From: Paraspadella gotoi
Taxonomy: Eukaryota; Animalia; Chaetognatha
Assembly: GCA_051294375.1 (NCBI GenBank)
Contig: CM119267.1
Coordinates: 17,650,937-17,714,936 of the forward strand
Direction: 5' to 3'
Length of the DNA: 64,000 nt
In this document: positions 1 to 11,918 of the stretch, piece after piece
Layout: every line of letters begins with the position of its first letter
How positions within the stretch are numbered: the first letter of the stretch is position 1
Notes under the pieces: model-generated
Seen by the model: the letters and a program-made list of their open reading frames with translations, nothing else
The model's database searches: none
Told to the model about the DNA's origin: nothing
Made by a program: the position numbers and the translations under genes

Positions 1-19
1 ATTTTTAAATTTTAATTAA

Positions 20-560
20 AATTCTAAAAGTGAGGAACGAACAACATTATACTAATGAACATTTATGTAATAAAAAATGTATAATAAATTTTATAATTTA
101 CACAGTAGGCCATATTTATACTAGTACTAAACCAAATAATGTTAAAATTTCAAAACAGTTTTTTCTAAGATTTTTTTGCAGATTTGGATTCCTCATAAAA
201 AGTTATTAAAAGAAATATAACTCTTTTTGAAAAATTCCTTCTTTAAGTGGGTCAAAAATTAGAAAAGCTATATTTTAAGCTGAATTAATTTTTATATATT
301 AAATATGTTTTTTAAATTTTTAACCCACTTAATGAAAGAATTTTTAAAAATGATTTATATTTTTTTTTTATCAACTTTTGACAAGGAATTCAAATCTGCA
401 ATCAAAATTAAGAAAAGCCTATTTTGAAATTTTTCGATTTATAAGAATAGTACTATATATAAATATAGCCTACTGCGAAAATTAAAAAATATAAATTAAT
501 TTTTTTTACAAATTAATGTTCACTGATGGTATGTTGTTCATAATTGACTTTTAGAATTTT
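20..560. mobile_element. AT-rich imperfect foldback (MITE-like) element in an MMP intron
   Basis: Nested inverted matches centred near 290: aattctaaaagt/acttttagaatt, gaacaacat/atgttgttc, cagtaggc/gcctactg, gcagatttg/caaatctgc and aagtgggt/acccactt. Related sequence occurs at about 6250-6660 and 21400-21790. Confidence 0.6.
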
Positions 561-638
561 CATATGTAACTTTCACTACGCCTTAATATTCATTAATTCG
601 TTTTGTTTCGTTCGTCGAATCATTTCTCACTCGCTCAC

Positions 639-3600
639 CCCTAAAGATGACGATCCTGTTGTCCGTGGGCCGTTCGTAGATGGCGTCAATGCGGTCAAGA
701 TCCGGCGGGAGGCTGTACCAGAATTTGTTGATCTCCTTGGGGTAGTCGGGGAGGATCCTCTTGTTGCCGTCCACGCGCCAAAACCACTGATTTCGGACGC
801 GATCGTGAATAAGAATTAAACAAATTTATTCGAATGAAAAGGATGAATAAATCTTTAAACCTTTCTTAAATTCAAATTGAAGGTACTGATCGGACAAAAT
901 TATAAGCGGTTTTTACAATTAAATTACGTGTAAAAAGATTAAAAATTCGATTCATTGACGACAGAGTCGTAAAGAATTAGCCGACTTGGATTTACCGGCC
1001 CCTTGAACATGAAGAGCTCCCCCCTGATCACGGAGACGGCGTCGTAAGTCGTGTCGCAAACGGCGGGAGGTTGACCCGGATCGAAAAAGATGGGCGCCCA
1101 AATCGAAGGCAAATCGTAAGCCGTTCCGTTCTCTGCGGAAAGAAAACAAAGGAACAACCCATTTTTATAATTCGTACAAAATATTTTTTTTTCCAAATGT
1201 TAAAAACGAAACATTCAAATAATTAAGCAAATTTATAATGTTATGATACCTTCGTTCATGGAAACGACGTGAATATCCTTCTCGGGCAAAAAGTTGTCCA
1301 TCCAAACCGGACGGAAAGTCGTCGTCGTAGTTGTCGTCGTCGGCTGCGTCGTCGTCGTCGTCGTTGTTGTCGTGGTTCTCTTCGTAACTAAAGGCCGCGA
1401 TTTCGTTCCTGAGATTGGAACCGATGTAAGAAGATGAAATACGAAATCATTGAAAATGTAAAATGAACAATCAAGTTATTAAACTATAAATAGACCCTTG
1501 AGAGAGAACGTAACTCTCCCAGAATATATCCTACCTGCGCCCTTACCTTTACCCTTACCCTCCATCCTCACCGTAAAGCCGCTGCACGGCCCTGACGTCG
1601 TCTCCCGGCAGAGAATAGTTTCGTCGATGTCCCTGATACCAGGGAAACATGAGCGAACCGAAAACGTCGGAGTGAGAGAGGCCCAAAGTGTGGCCAAATT
1701 CATGGGCCGCCACCATGAACAAGTCGATGCCTGGAAAGAGAAAGGGAACACATGGAATCATCATCGGGTCCTCTTTTGTTTCTCATATCTTTTCTCTTTC
1801 ATGACTTATCGCGCCACCTGGTCCTCCGTCTTTCGTCCATCTCTCCTCGACGTCAAAGTGCGCCTCGCCTCTGAAGGGACTGTCGGGAAAGAAGGCGTGG
1901 CCCAACACGTTTCCTAATTGCGAGAAAAGTACTAAATAATTGAAAAATCCATTATGAATTAATACGTTAAGTCTTTTTTATTTCGAACTCTTTTGCTTCG
2001 CTTCCTGGAACAACGGTTTGTTTAATGTTTCTACCTTCTCCACTACCCTAATCCTTCTCGCATAACGTTTTGCCACCCTGCTGTCCCATCTTTTATTATC
2101 AAACGCATCCATTCCGCTTCAACACTTTGCCCGACTCTCTTTCAACACGTCCACCGTCCTCCAACCACCGCCCCTTCCCACCCTCCACTCCCAAAACCCC
2201 CTCCCCCCTCTTTTCAAACACCTTGCCCGTCAAAGTCGAAATCGTCTCCGTGTCGTCGCCGCAGGAAGTCGACGTTGAATGTCGGCGTCGCCGTGGAAGA
2301 CGCGCGTGAAGACGAGAGGCGACGCCGTCGACCAGAGACGCAGCGCGGAGCGCGATGATGGATTCCTGGACGGGCTCTTCCAGATCCGGGGTGTAGTGGA
2401 CGAATCTTTTGGAAGAAGGGGGGGGTGGGGGGGGGGGGAAGTCGGAGGCTTTATAAAGAATCGAGCCGTATTTTTCGGAAAACGCCCCGTTTTTGTTTAA
2501 CTTTAATATCTAACCTTATTCTCTTTTCAATTGGTTAATCCAATCCCTAACCCTAACCTATTGCCTCACTCTTATCCCTAATCCCTAACCTTAATCCCTA
2601 ACCTGACTCTCTCTGTCTTTCTTTCTTACTATTTTTCTTTCTATCCTTTCCCTTTACTCACTTGTAGGTAAGGTCGCTCGCGTTCCACTTCGATCCCGAC
2701 AGTACGAATCTTCTTCTCCTTCTTACGGACCCATCGTCGTCCCCTCGTCGTCGCTTTCGTCGTCGTCGACGTCTCGAGTTCCCTTCGTCGTCGTCGTCGT
2801 CGTCGTCGTCGCCTCCTCGTCTTCGTCGTCGTCGTCGTTCGTCGACGAAATCGGGAACTCCGCATCGAGGCTTCGAAAGCTGGACGACGGTCCGGACGTC
2901 GAGTTTGCCTGGGTGTGATGTAAGGGTGTTAGAAAGAGACAGCGGTAAATCTTAAGTGATCCTGATCTTAATATTAATCTTAATCTTAATATTAATCTTA
3001 ATCTTAATCTTAAGAGAGAGACAGCGGTAAATCTTAAGTGATCTTAATCTTGATCTTAATCTTAATCTTAATCTTGATCCTAATCTTGATCTTAATCTTG
3101 ATCTTGATCTTAATCTTAATCTTAATCTTAATCTTAATCTTAATCTTAATCTTGATCCTAATCTTGATCTTAATCTTAATCTTTATCCTAATCTTAATCT
3201 TAATCTTAAGAGAGAGACAGCGGTAAATCTTAAGTGATCTTAATCTTAATCCTAATCTTAATCTTAATTTTAACTGACCCGTGGCGGGTAAGTGGGCGAT
3301 CTTGATCTTGATCTTGATCTTGATCTTAATCTTGATCCTAATCTTAATCTTAATCTTAATCTTAACTGACCCGTGGCGGGTAAGTGGGCGAACCGCTGAA
3401 ACCTTTTGATGGCGGTTTCGTATTCTGAGGAAGAGACGAGATTTCCTGTTTCGTCGTCGCCGCGGAGAAGATAACCGAATCGGGTGAGGTAATCCTGGTG
3501 AGGAATGTATGAATGAATTAATGAATGAATGAATTAGTTAATTGATGATTAAATTGATTAATTATGAATTTTGAAATTCTTGAATGCATGAATGAATGAA

Positions 3601-4361
3601 TAAATGAATGATTAAATAAATGAATGATTTAATTAATTAATTATGAATTTTGAACTTCTTGAATGATTGAATGAATTATGAATGAATGAATGAATTAATG
3701 AACGAATGAATGAATGAATAAATTAATGAATATAAGTGATCAATTGATTGAATTCATTTGATGTACAAATATAAACGCATTTTTGTCACTCATTTTTCCC
3801 ATGACTCGGTGACTGACACAGGGACTGACAGACAGAACAACTGGCTTAGATTAACCGACAAAAAAATATTGATAAAAGAAAACTAAGAAAATAAGTTTCG
3901 GGTAACCTCACCAAACTCCGCTGGACGTTGCTGTACGATCCGAAGTTGGCCAGATTTTGCGGCGGCGAGGATCCCGTCTCCGTCCTTCGCGCCTCTCGAC
4001 TCCGATGTTGCTGCATTTGCGGCGGCAGATGCGGCGGCCGTCGATGCCTCGGGAGGCCGTCGCCGCGTCTTCGAAGACCGCGTCGAGCGGGTCGACCCTC
4101 GGCGTTGAGCGACAATTGGGAGACGACGACGAAAACGACGACGACGACGAAAAATAGTAATCTCGTCAATTTGTTTCTCCGCGACTTCGTGATTTTCGTC
4201 TCTGAGGATTTCCCTTTTGTCCGAATGAGTTTTCCCTCGTCGCCGCAAGAGCGTCGGTGTCGGAGATCAAATTGGAAGGGCGAGAGTCTTTTGTTCGTTG
4301 TTGACGAAGTCGTTACTGACTTTATCGTCGTCATAATTCCGTCTTTAAATCCGTCCATCAT
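639..4361 (-). CDS. Matrix metalloproteinase (peptidase M10A with hemopexin repeats), 3' end beyond the window
   Basis: GT-AG exons 4361-3912, 3494-3371, 2908-2662, 2405-2222, 1913-1818, 1730-1572, 1408-1250, 1132-996, 786-639. They encode the propeptide YLTRFGYL...AIKRFQRF..LPATGKLD, cysteine switch PRCGVPD, furin site RRRRR|FVLSGSKW, HGDDFDFDG, GHAFFP...GEAHFD, zinc motif HEFGHTLGLSHS with Met-turn SLMFPWY, a Thr-rich hinge and hemopexin CDTTYDAVSVIRGELFMFKG/WFWRV...IDAIYERP. Exon 2405-2222 needs two 1-nt insertions removed. Confidence 0.95.
2545..2602. repeat. Degenerate interstitial telomere-like (CCCTAA)n tract
   Basis: ccctaaccctaacc...tccctaatccctaaccttaatccctaacc inside an MMP intron. 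Confidence 0.45.
2934..3365. repeat. (ATCTTA/ATCTTG)n hexanucleotide satellite with an embedded ~30-bp unit in three copies
   Basis: Hexamer array. agagacagcggtaaatcttaagtgatc recurs at about 2935, 3017 and 3214. Confidence 0.9.
3503..3760. repeat. (AATG)n-rich intronic simple repeat
   Basis: Repeated gaatgaat and aattaatt units. Confidence 0.8.
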
Positions 4362-4365
4362 TTTC

Positions 4366-4417
<52 letters not shown>

Positions 4418-4825
4418 ACACGACGCGCTTATTCCGCTTCTCACGAATTCATTAATCAATATTTTTTTTTTAAATTTCGCCGACGATTTAATGTAAACGT
4501 GTATATCCAAACAAACTTTGTCTTGTTTATTTTCTTTCAAAGTTCGAATCGCGTTTTTCAGATTTCGTCGTCGCGGTCGGTCGGAATTTTAAAAAATATA
4601 TTTTTTTAATAAACAATTATTGTAAAATTAAAGGGACGGAGCGTTTTTATTCAATATAGCAACGACATTCGGCTTTGTTTATGAGGAGTTCTCCTGTAAT
4701 CAATCGCATTCATAAGGATGGTTACGGATTATTTTTTTGTTTACATATTTATTGTTAAATTTAGTGTACACTTATTTGAAGCTAGAATTAAGGGAACTTT
4801 TTAGACATTGACATTTTATGACTTA

Positions 4826-5530
4826 TGTGATACTAAAGAATTAACAAAGTAATAAATACAATACAAAACCAGTATCTGTAAAAAAATTTACAAAGAGCCT
4901 CATGTGCCTAAAGATAAATGTTTAAAAAAAGAAAGAGAAAAAAAAGGAAAGAAAGAAAGAAAGAAAGAAAAGAAGAAAGAAAAAGAGAAAGAAAGAAAGA
5001 AGAAAAAGAAAGAAGCTAAAAGAGAGAGAGAGCGGAGAGAAGAGAAGGAGAGAGAAGAGAAAGAAAGACACTCGAAAGAGAGAAAGAAAGAAAGAAAGAA
5101 AGAAGAAGAGAAGATCAAAAAAGAAAGAAAGAAAGAAAGAAAGAAGAAGAAAGAAAGCAAAGAGNNNNNNNNNNNNNNNNNNNNNNNNNTTGTGATACTA
5201 AAGAATTAACACAGTAATAAATACATACACAAACCAGTATCTGTAAAAAAATTTACAAAGAGCCTCATGTGCCTAAACGATAAATGTTTAAAAAAGAAGA
5301 GAAAAAGAAAGACAGAAAGAAAGAAAAGAAAGAGAAGAAAGAAAGAAAGAAAGAAGAAGAAAGAAAGAAAGAAAAGAAAAAAGAAGCTAAAAGAGAGAGA
5401 GAGCAGGAGAGAAGAGAGCAGAGAGATAGAGAAGGAAGAAGAAGAGACATCAAGAAGAGAAGAAAGAAAGGACAACGAAAGAAAGAGAAGACGTAAAAAA
5501 GAAAGAAAGAAGAGAGAGAGAGAGAGAGAG
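4826..5530. repeat. Direct duplication flanking an N gap (4826-5164 vs 5190-5530), including (GAAA)n
   Basis: tgtgatactaaagaattaac...gagcctcatgtgcctaaa is present on both sides of the gap. Confidence 0.8.
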
Positions 5531-6249
5531 AGAAGGAGAGAAGAGAGAGAAAATGAAATTTCCACCTCAGGTCTTGACAGACGGAAATAACAGCCGCAGG
5601 AAATTACGCCGTAGGGGTAAAGGTGAAGCCTTCGAACGAGAGAGGGGGTAACGTCGGGAAGTGACTGAGATGCGGGGGTGAAAAGCTTTTGTTATCACTC
5701 TCAATATTTTCGGTGAGTTGGTGAACTGACTCGGGTATGGTACAAGGCACGCTTGAAATTCTTATCCCTTTCCTGCTTGGCTGCCGTGATAGAGATAATT
5801 TAGTTCTGCTTATGAAAAATGTTTTATTTTTAGACATGAAAGACTATCCCATAAAAGAATGTTCACACAAGTAGGTAGTAAGATGGATTGTGGGTGAGGC
5901 GCTGCCGGTTGCGGTTTCACTGGTTCTCGACTCTTTCAATCCACTTGAGGACGGGCCACAGAGGGACTTAGCAGACCTCAGAAGTCTCTCGCTGAATCCT
6001 GTCGGGATGCAAAAGAATTAAGTGCAAGAAGATCAAATTTGGGATGAGCTGATGGTTACAGTATTTGAAGATTTTTTTTTTTTTTTTTTTGCATCAATGA
6101 TTGATGATCTCATGCATCATAAGTAGCGGTAGCCGACCAAATTCAAATTTTAATGGGAACAGCATTAAACTAATCCATTATTGGTATTACTTATTGTGTT
6201 AAAATATTTTTTTGCAAAAATGTTCCAAACCATGAGTAATTCGCTAATT

Positions 6250-6660
6250 AATATTATTATATTGCTATATAATGTAAAAAATTTTTTTTAGATATTTTAG
6301 GTTTTTTTAATTGATTCTGATAGAGCTTAAAAAGTTAAGCAAAAAATATAATTACAACTTTTTAAAATTTTGATGTTTTATTACTAAAAATTAGTAAAAA
6401 CTGCTAAAATCATCGGATGATGATGATGATGATGATTTTTTCAGGTTTTTCTCAATTTAAACCCACTTATCATCAAAATATTGAAAAAAGAATTATACTT
6501 TGTGTAGATAACTTTTTATAAGCTATTTGAATCTGCTTTTAAAAATAAAAAATTCCAAAAAAAATTTTTGACATTTCCTATCTATAAATAAATATTAAAA
6601 AATTAATTACTAATGCTTCTTGCCATTTTAGAAAATTTTGGTCCATTGAAAGTTTTCTCA
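6250..6660. mobile_element. AT-rich foldback/MITE-like family copy
   Basis: Internal inverted symmetry (aaaagttaagcaaaaaatataatt / aattatactttgtgtagataactttt) around a (GAT)n centre. The core is near-identical to 21541-21660. Confidence 0.6.
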
Positions 6661-8517
6661 GAAATGTATGAAGTTTCATTTGGAAAGGTTCCCAAATCAA
6701 ACTTCTGACCCACCCCATTGACGAAGTTTGGCTCTATCATAAGTTACTCAATCGATTTTATCCAGAGCCTAGAAGATGAGATCTCGGACACGGAAAAATC
6801 TATATTCTGCGACCTGGGATTATTCCGGAGATTTTAAAGATGAGCAGAGCAGTAAACATGAAAAAGTGAAACTTGAGAAAAAGGAAAAACATTTTCGGGC
6901 TTTGGTCGCAGCTGTTGAACGCGTTACCCGTTGAGTAGGAATGATATCGACGTTTAAATTACGAATTTAGGGCTGACGTTAAAGATTGTTCCATGAATTA
7001 TTATTATTATTTTTTTTTGTTCAAAGAATTAGAATTAAAAACTAAACGCAGTAAGAGTTTATCTTTTGTTTTATTTAATTTTTTTATATTTTAATTTTTG
7101 AATAAAATAAAATTGTCACAGTTATATACTATATATATAGTCACAGTATTATATGTGTTAGTTTCATAAAAATATAAACATAACTCATAAAAAAGCGATT
7201 ATGATTTTAAACGCAAATGTCAAAATAAACAATGACGTTTTGTGCACATGTCGGGCGAATACGATTTTCTGATTTTCTGATGCGTGAAAAAATTATTTTG
7301 ACAAGTTTAATAAAATAAACTTTAGGGATATAATTGAATAACGATTATTTTATTTATTTCACCATGAATTACCATAGAATATATTTTTTAAATACAAATT
7401 TACNNNNNNNNNNNNNNNNNNNNNNNNNNNNNNNNNNNNNNNNNNNNNNNNNNNNNNNNNNNNNNNNNNNNNNNNNNNNNNNNNNNNNNNNNNNNNNNNN
7501 NNNNNNNNNNNNNNNNNNNNNNNNNNNNNNNNNNNNNNNNNNNNNNACTAAGAAAGATAAAAAATCGTACGAATAGATGATGTTCAAGAGATGAGCTAAA
7601 AACTATTTTTTTGTTCGATGGGAGGAGGGGGAAAAAAAAGAGAGAGATGAACTTTCCTATCTATAAATTAAATAATTAAAAATTAATTACTAATGTATCT
7701 TGCCATTTTAAGAAAAGTTTTGGTCCAAATTGAAAGTTTTCTCAGGAAAAATGTAATAAGTTTCATTTGGAAAGTTCCCAAATCAAAACTTCTGACCCAC
7801 CCCATTGAACGAAGTTTGGGCTCTATCATAAGTTACTCAATCGATTTATCCAGAAGCCTAGAAGATGAGATCTCGGACACTGGAAAAATCTATATTACTG
7901 CGACCTGGATTATTCCGGAGATTTTAAAAAGATGAGCAGAGCAGTAAAACATGATAGTGAAACTTGAGAAAAAGGAAAAACATTTTCGGGCCTTATGGTC
8001 GCAGCTTGTTTGAAACGCGTTACCCGTTGAGTAGGAATGATATCGACGTTTAAATTACGAATTTAGGGCTGACGTTAAAGATTGTTCCATGAATTATTAT
8101 TATTATTTTTTTTTGTTCAAAAGAATTAGAATTAAAAAACTAAAACGCAGGTAAGAGTTTTAATTTTGTTTTATTTAATTTTTTTTTATATTTTAATTTT
8201 TGAATAAAATAAAAATTGTCAACAGTTATATACTATATATATAAGTCAGTATTCATTATTGTGTAGTTTCATAAAAATAATAAACATAACTCCAATAAAA
8301 AAGCGATTAATGATTTTAAACGCAAATGTTCCAAAATAAAACAATGACGTTTTGTCAACATGTGGGCGATACCGATTTTCTGATTTTCTATGCGTGAAAA
8401 AATTAATTTTGACAAGTTTTAATAAATAAACTTTAGGGATAATATATGAATAACGATTATTTTATTTATTTCACCATGAATTACCATAGAATATATTTTT
8501 TAAAAATACAAAATTTA
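6577..8517. repeat. ~830-bp direct duplication across a gap (6577-7403 vs 7654-8517), probable assembly artefact
   Basis: Copies are colinear. The second differs mostly by 1-nt insertions in homopolymers. Confidence 0.85.
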
Positions 8518-8522
8518 CGAGA

Positions 8523-8571
<49 letters not shown>

Positions 8572-8861
8572 AGAGAGAGAGAGAGAGAGGAGAAGTCACA
8601 TAAGAAAGATAAAAATCGTACGAAATAGTATGATAGTTCAAGAGATGAGCTAAAACTATTTTTTGTTCTGATGGGAGGAAGGGAGGGTTAGGAACGCGAG
8701 AGGAGGAGAACGCGTAATGATTTTGGAATAATGAGGAGGAAGAGAAAAAGAGGGAAGAGTAGGATACAAATACTAACAAGGATCCCGCTGAACGCGAAGA
8801 AGTCAGCAGAAGAAGAAGATTTAAAGATGTTTTGTTTTCTGGGGTAGGAGAGAAGAGAGAG

Positions 8862-8927
<66 letters not shown>

Positions 8928-11199
8928 GGGGGCACGATCTTGGCCTTTCTTCTCCCCCTTCCCGCGTAGGGCCTCTCCCGAAAGAAATCAACGCTCCCTC
9001 TTAACATTTTAANNNNNNNNNNNNNNNNNNNNNNNNNATTTTAATCGAGCCACGAAGATCTGCATTGTTTTTTTTTTGGTCGAATTTAAGACATATATAT
9101 ACTTCTTGATTAAACGTCTAAATGCTTACGTTTTATTATTATATTCATGAGGTGAGATTTATCAGTCACTCACCTTCGTTGTAACTTACTTCACTAAAAC
9201 AGACCAGTGCGTCCGTCATTCGGGAAAATTTGAGGAAGTCAAACTTTTTCTCACTTGATTTGGAGAGAGAGAAGAGAGAGGGGAGACACACTATTCAGAG
9301 AGAGAGAGAGAGAGGAAGAGAGACAGAGAGAGAGAGAGAGCGTCAAGAGTGAGTGAGCGTTGATTGACGATTGGAGTAGAATAGAAAATTCATTCTTCAA
9401 CTTTCGATGAAAGTAAATGAAAGCTTTTTTTTTTGTTTTGGGCGCGAAAAGACAAATGGATATAAAGATTTATTTTCCACTCAAGGACTGTCTACTATTG
9501 TCTAGTACTAGGATACGTCTAATTCCATTTACAATACAAATAAATCCCTGCGACTGTAGCTATAAATGATGTTTAAATTATCCTTACTATGTTAAACCTA
9601 AATCCGATTATCCTTGGTCCGTAATTTAATCTTTCAGGAAAATTTAAAATAACAAGAAAACTATTAACGTTCGAGTATGGGTCATTTATCTAAGAATATT
9701 AATTATCGCACATCGGTTTCATGAGAAGAAAAAAATTTAAACTCCCTACGATTATTTCGGCTTGAAAAAATAAATAAAAATCAAACCTCGATTAGTTCGA
9801 ATGGGTGAAAAAAATTAGAGAAAATTCAATTAATTCGTTAACCCCCCCCCCCGTTGAGAATTCTCACCTCCGAAACAGAAAATCGCCCATGCGTCTTTTT
9901 ACGATTACGACCAATCAATCAAAAGTACAATCAGCCGTCAATCAAAGTTCAATCAACGTCTGATCAGCCGCAAATCTACGTTCAGTCAACGCCGTTTATA
10001 TACTCGTCAATCAAAATCCCATTTTTATGTGCGGCGCTTTAAATTTTATCGCGTTCGGTCTCATCCTAATCTTCTCTCTCTCTCTCTCAAAAAAAAAAAC
10101 CTCAAATCTCTTTTTCCCATCTTACCTCTCTATATACGCCTCACCTCTCTTTTCAATCTCTTCCCAACCAGCCTTTCACCCTTTCCCTCCCTAAAAAAAA
10201 TAAAAAAGATTCTCCCATTTTAAAATTTCGAGTAAAATCTGAATTTCACTCTTCGCCGTAAATCAAACTTTATTTACTTTTTTTTTTTCTGTTTTATTTC
10301 TCTTCGCCGTTTGTTTACTGTTTGTTTCGCAACAGATTTACGAACTGAAATATAAATTAACTGCAAAGGTCGATGCTAATGGGATAGTTTGTTTTGATTA
10401 AAGGAAAGACAACGGGAATAAAATAAATAGGAGGAAATTTGAATGAGAGGAGAAAGAGATAAGTACGATTCTGTCAGATTTCTCAGTAATGTTCAAGTTG
10501 ATCTAACTTTAAACTTTAATATCTAAAAATATTTCATATGTCTCTCTTTTANNNNNNNNNNNNNNNNNNNNNNNNNNNNNNNNNNNNNNNNNNNNNNNNN
10601 NNNNNNNNNNNNNNNNNNNNNNNNNNNNNNNNNNNNNNNNNNNNNNNNNNNNNNNNNNNNNNNNNNNNNNNNNNNNNNNNNNNNNNNNNNNNNNNNNNNN
10701 NNNNNNNNNNNNNNNNNNNNNNNNNNNNNNNNNNNNNNNNNNNNNNNNNNNNNNNNNNNNNNNNNNNNNNNNNNNNNNNNNNNNNNNNNNNNNNNNNNNN
10801 NNNNNNNNNNNNNNNNNNNNNNNNNNNNNNNNNNNNNNNNNNNNNNNNNNNNNNNNNNNNNNNNNNNNNNNNNNNNNNNNNNNNNNNNNNNNNNNNNNNN
10901 NNNNNNNNNNNNNNNNNNNNNNNNNNNNNNNNNNNNNNNNNNNNNNNNNNNNNNNNNNNNNNNNNNNNNNNNNNNNNNNNNNNNNNNNNNNNNNNNNNNN
11001 NNNNNNNNNNNNNNNNNNNNNNNNNNNNNNNNNNNNNNNNNNNNNNNNNNNNNNNNNNNNNNNNNNNNNNNNNNNNNNNNNNNNNNNNNNNNNNNNNNNN
11101 NNNNNNNNNNNNNNNNNNNNNNNNNNNNNNNNNNNNNNNNNNNNNAACGAGAGAGATGTTTCTTTGATTTGGTTTTTGAACGCGTAATTATGGGGCGAG

Positions 11200-11288
<89 letters not shown>

Positions 11289-11419
11289 GTGCGGAAATCA
11301 CAGTCTAGCGAAAAAGACGGGGTGGGCCGGTTTTTTACGATTCCGAAGGAGAGGGGGGGGGCAAAGCGAAAGGGGGGGGCGAGATTCGGAGAAACAAGAT
11401 TGGGAAACATTTAAACGGA

Positions 11420-11830
11420 GGGAAAAAGAAGTGTGAAACAGATGGTGAAGGAAAAGTGGGAGAAGTTAGAATTGAGAAACAGATGATGGGTCATAAAGTA
11501 AAGCGGTTTGAGACACATGTCGAGAGCAAAATGTGAAAAGTTGAAGATGAAATTCAGATAGAATGGGAGAGGAAAAAGAAAAAAGTGAAAATAAAGAAGT
11601 GTGAAACAGATGATGGGAAAAATACCGAGAGTATAACTGAAACAGATGATGAGGGAAAAATATGGAGAGAAAGGCAGCGCGAAACAAATGCATGGGAAAA
11701 AGAGACAGAAAGAAGTCTGAAACAGATGGAGACATGGATACATTGGATAGTGGGTACAGATGGAGGTTGAAATAGATGACGAGGGGAAAATACGGAAGAG
11801 AAAGAGGTGTGAAACAGACAGTAAGGGAAA
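11420..11830. repeat. Degenerate minisatellite (gtgtgaaacagatgatgggaaaaata-like unit)
   Basis: The gaaacagatg core recurs about every 35-45 bp. Confidence 0.6.
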
Positions 11831-11875
11831 AAAATGAAGCGAGGGGGCAAGATCGCTTAAGACGAATCACACTGC

Positions 11876-11918
<43 letters not shown>

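Noticed and set aside
2545-2602. Telomere or chromosome-fusion relic
   Set aside because: Too short and degenerate, and it is intronic.
3038-3226. Poly-IL ORF and the many ER/LS/KE-rich ORFs in the track
   Set aside because: They are translations of (ATCTTA)n, (GA)n and (GAAA)n microsatellites or of N gaps.
5560-6060. Compositionally distinct block with a 77-aa ORF
   Set aside because: No recognisable domain or splice structure.
6577-8680. Apparent tandem segmental duplication
   Set aside because: It flanks an N gap and the copies differ by homopolymer insertions, which is typical of unmerged contig overlap or long-read gap filling.
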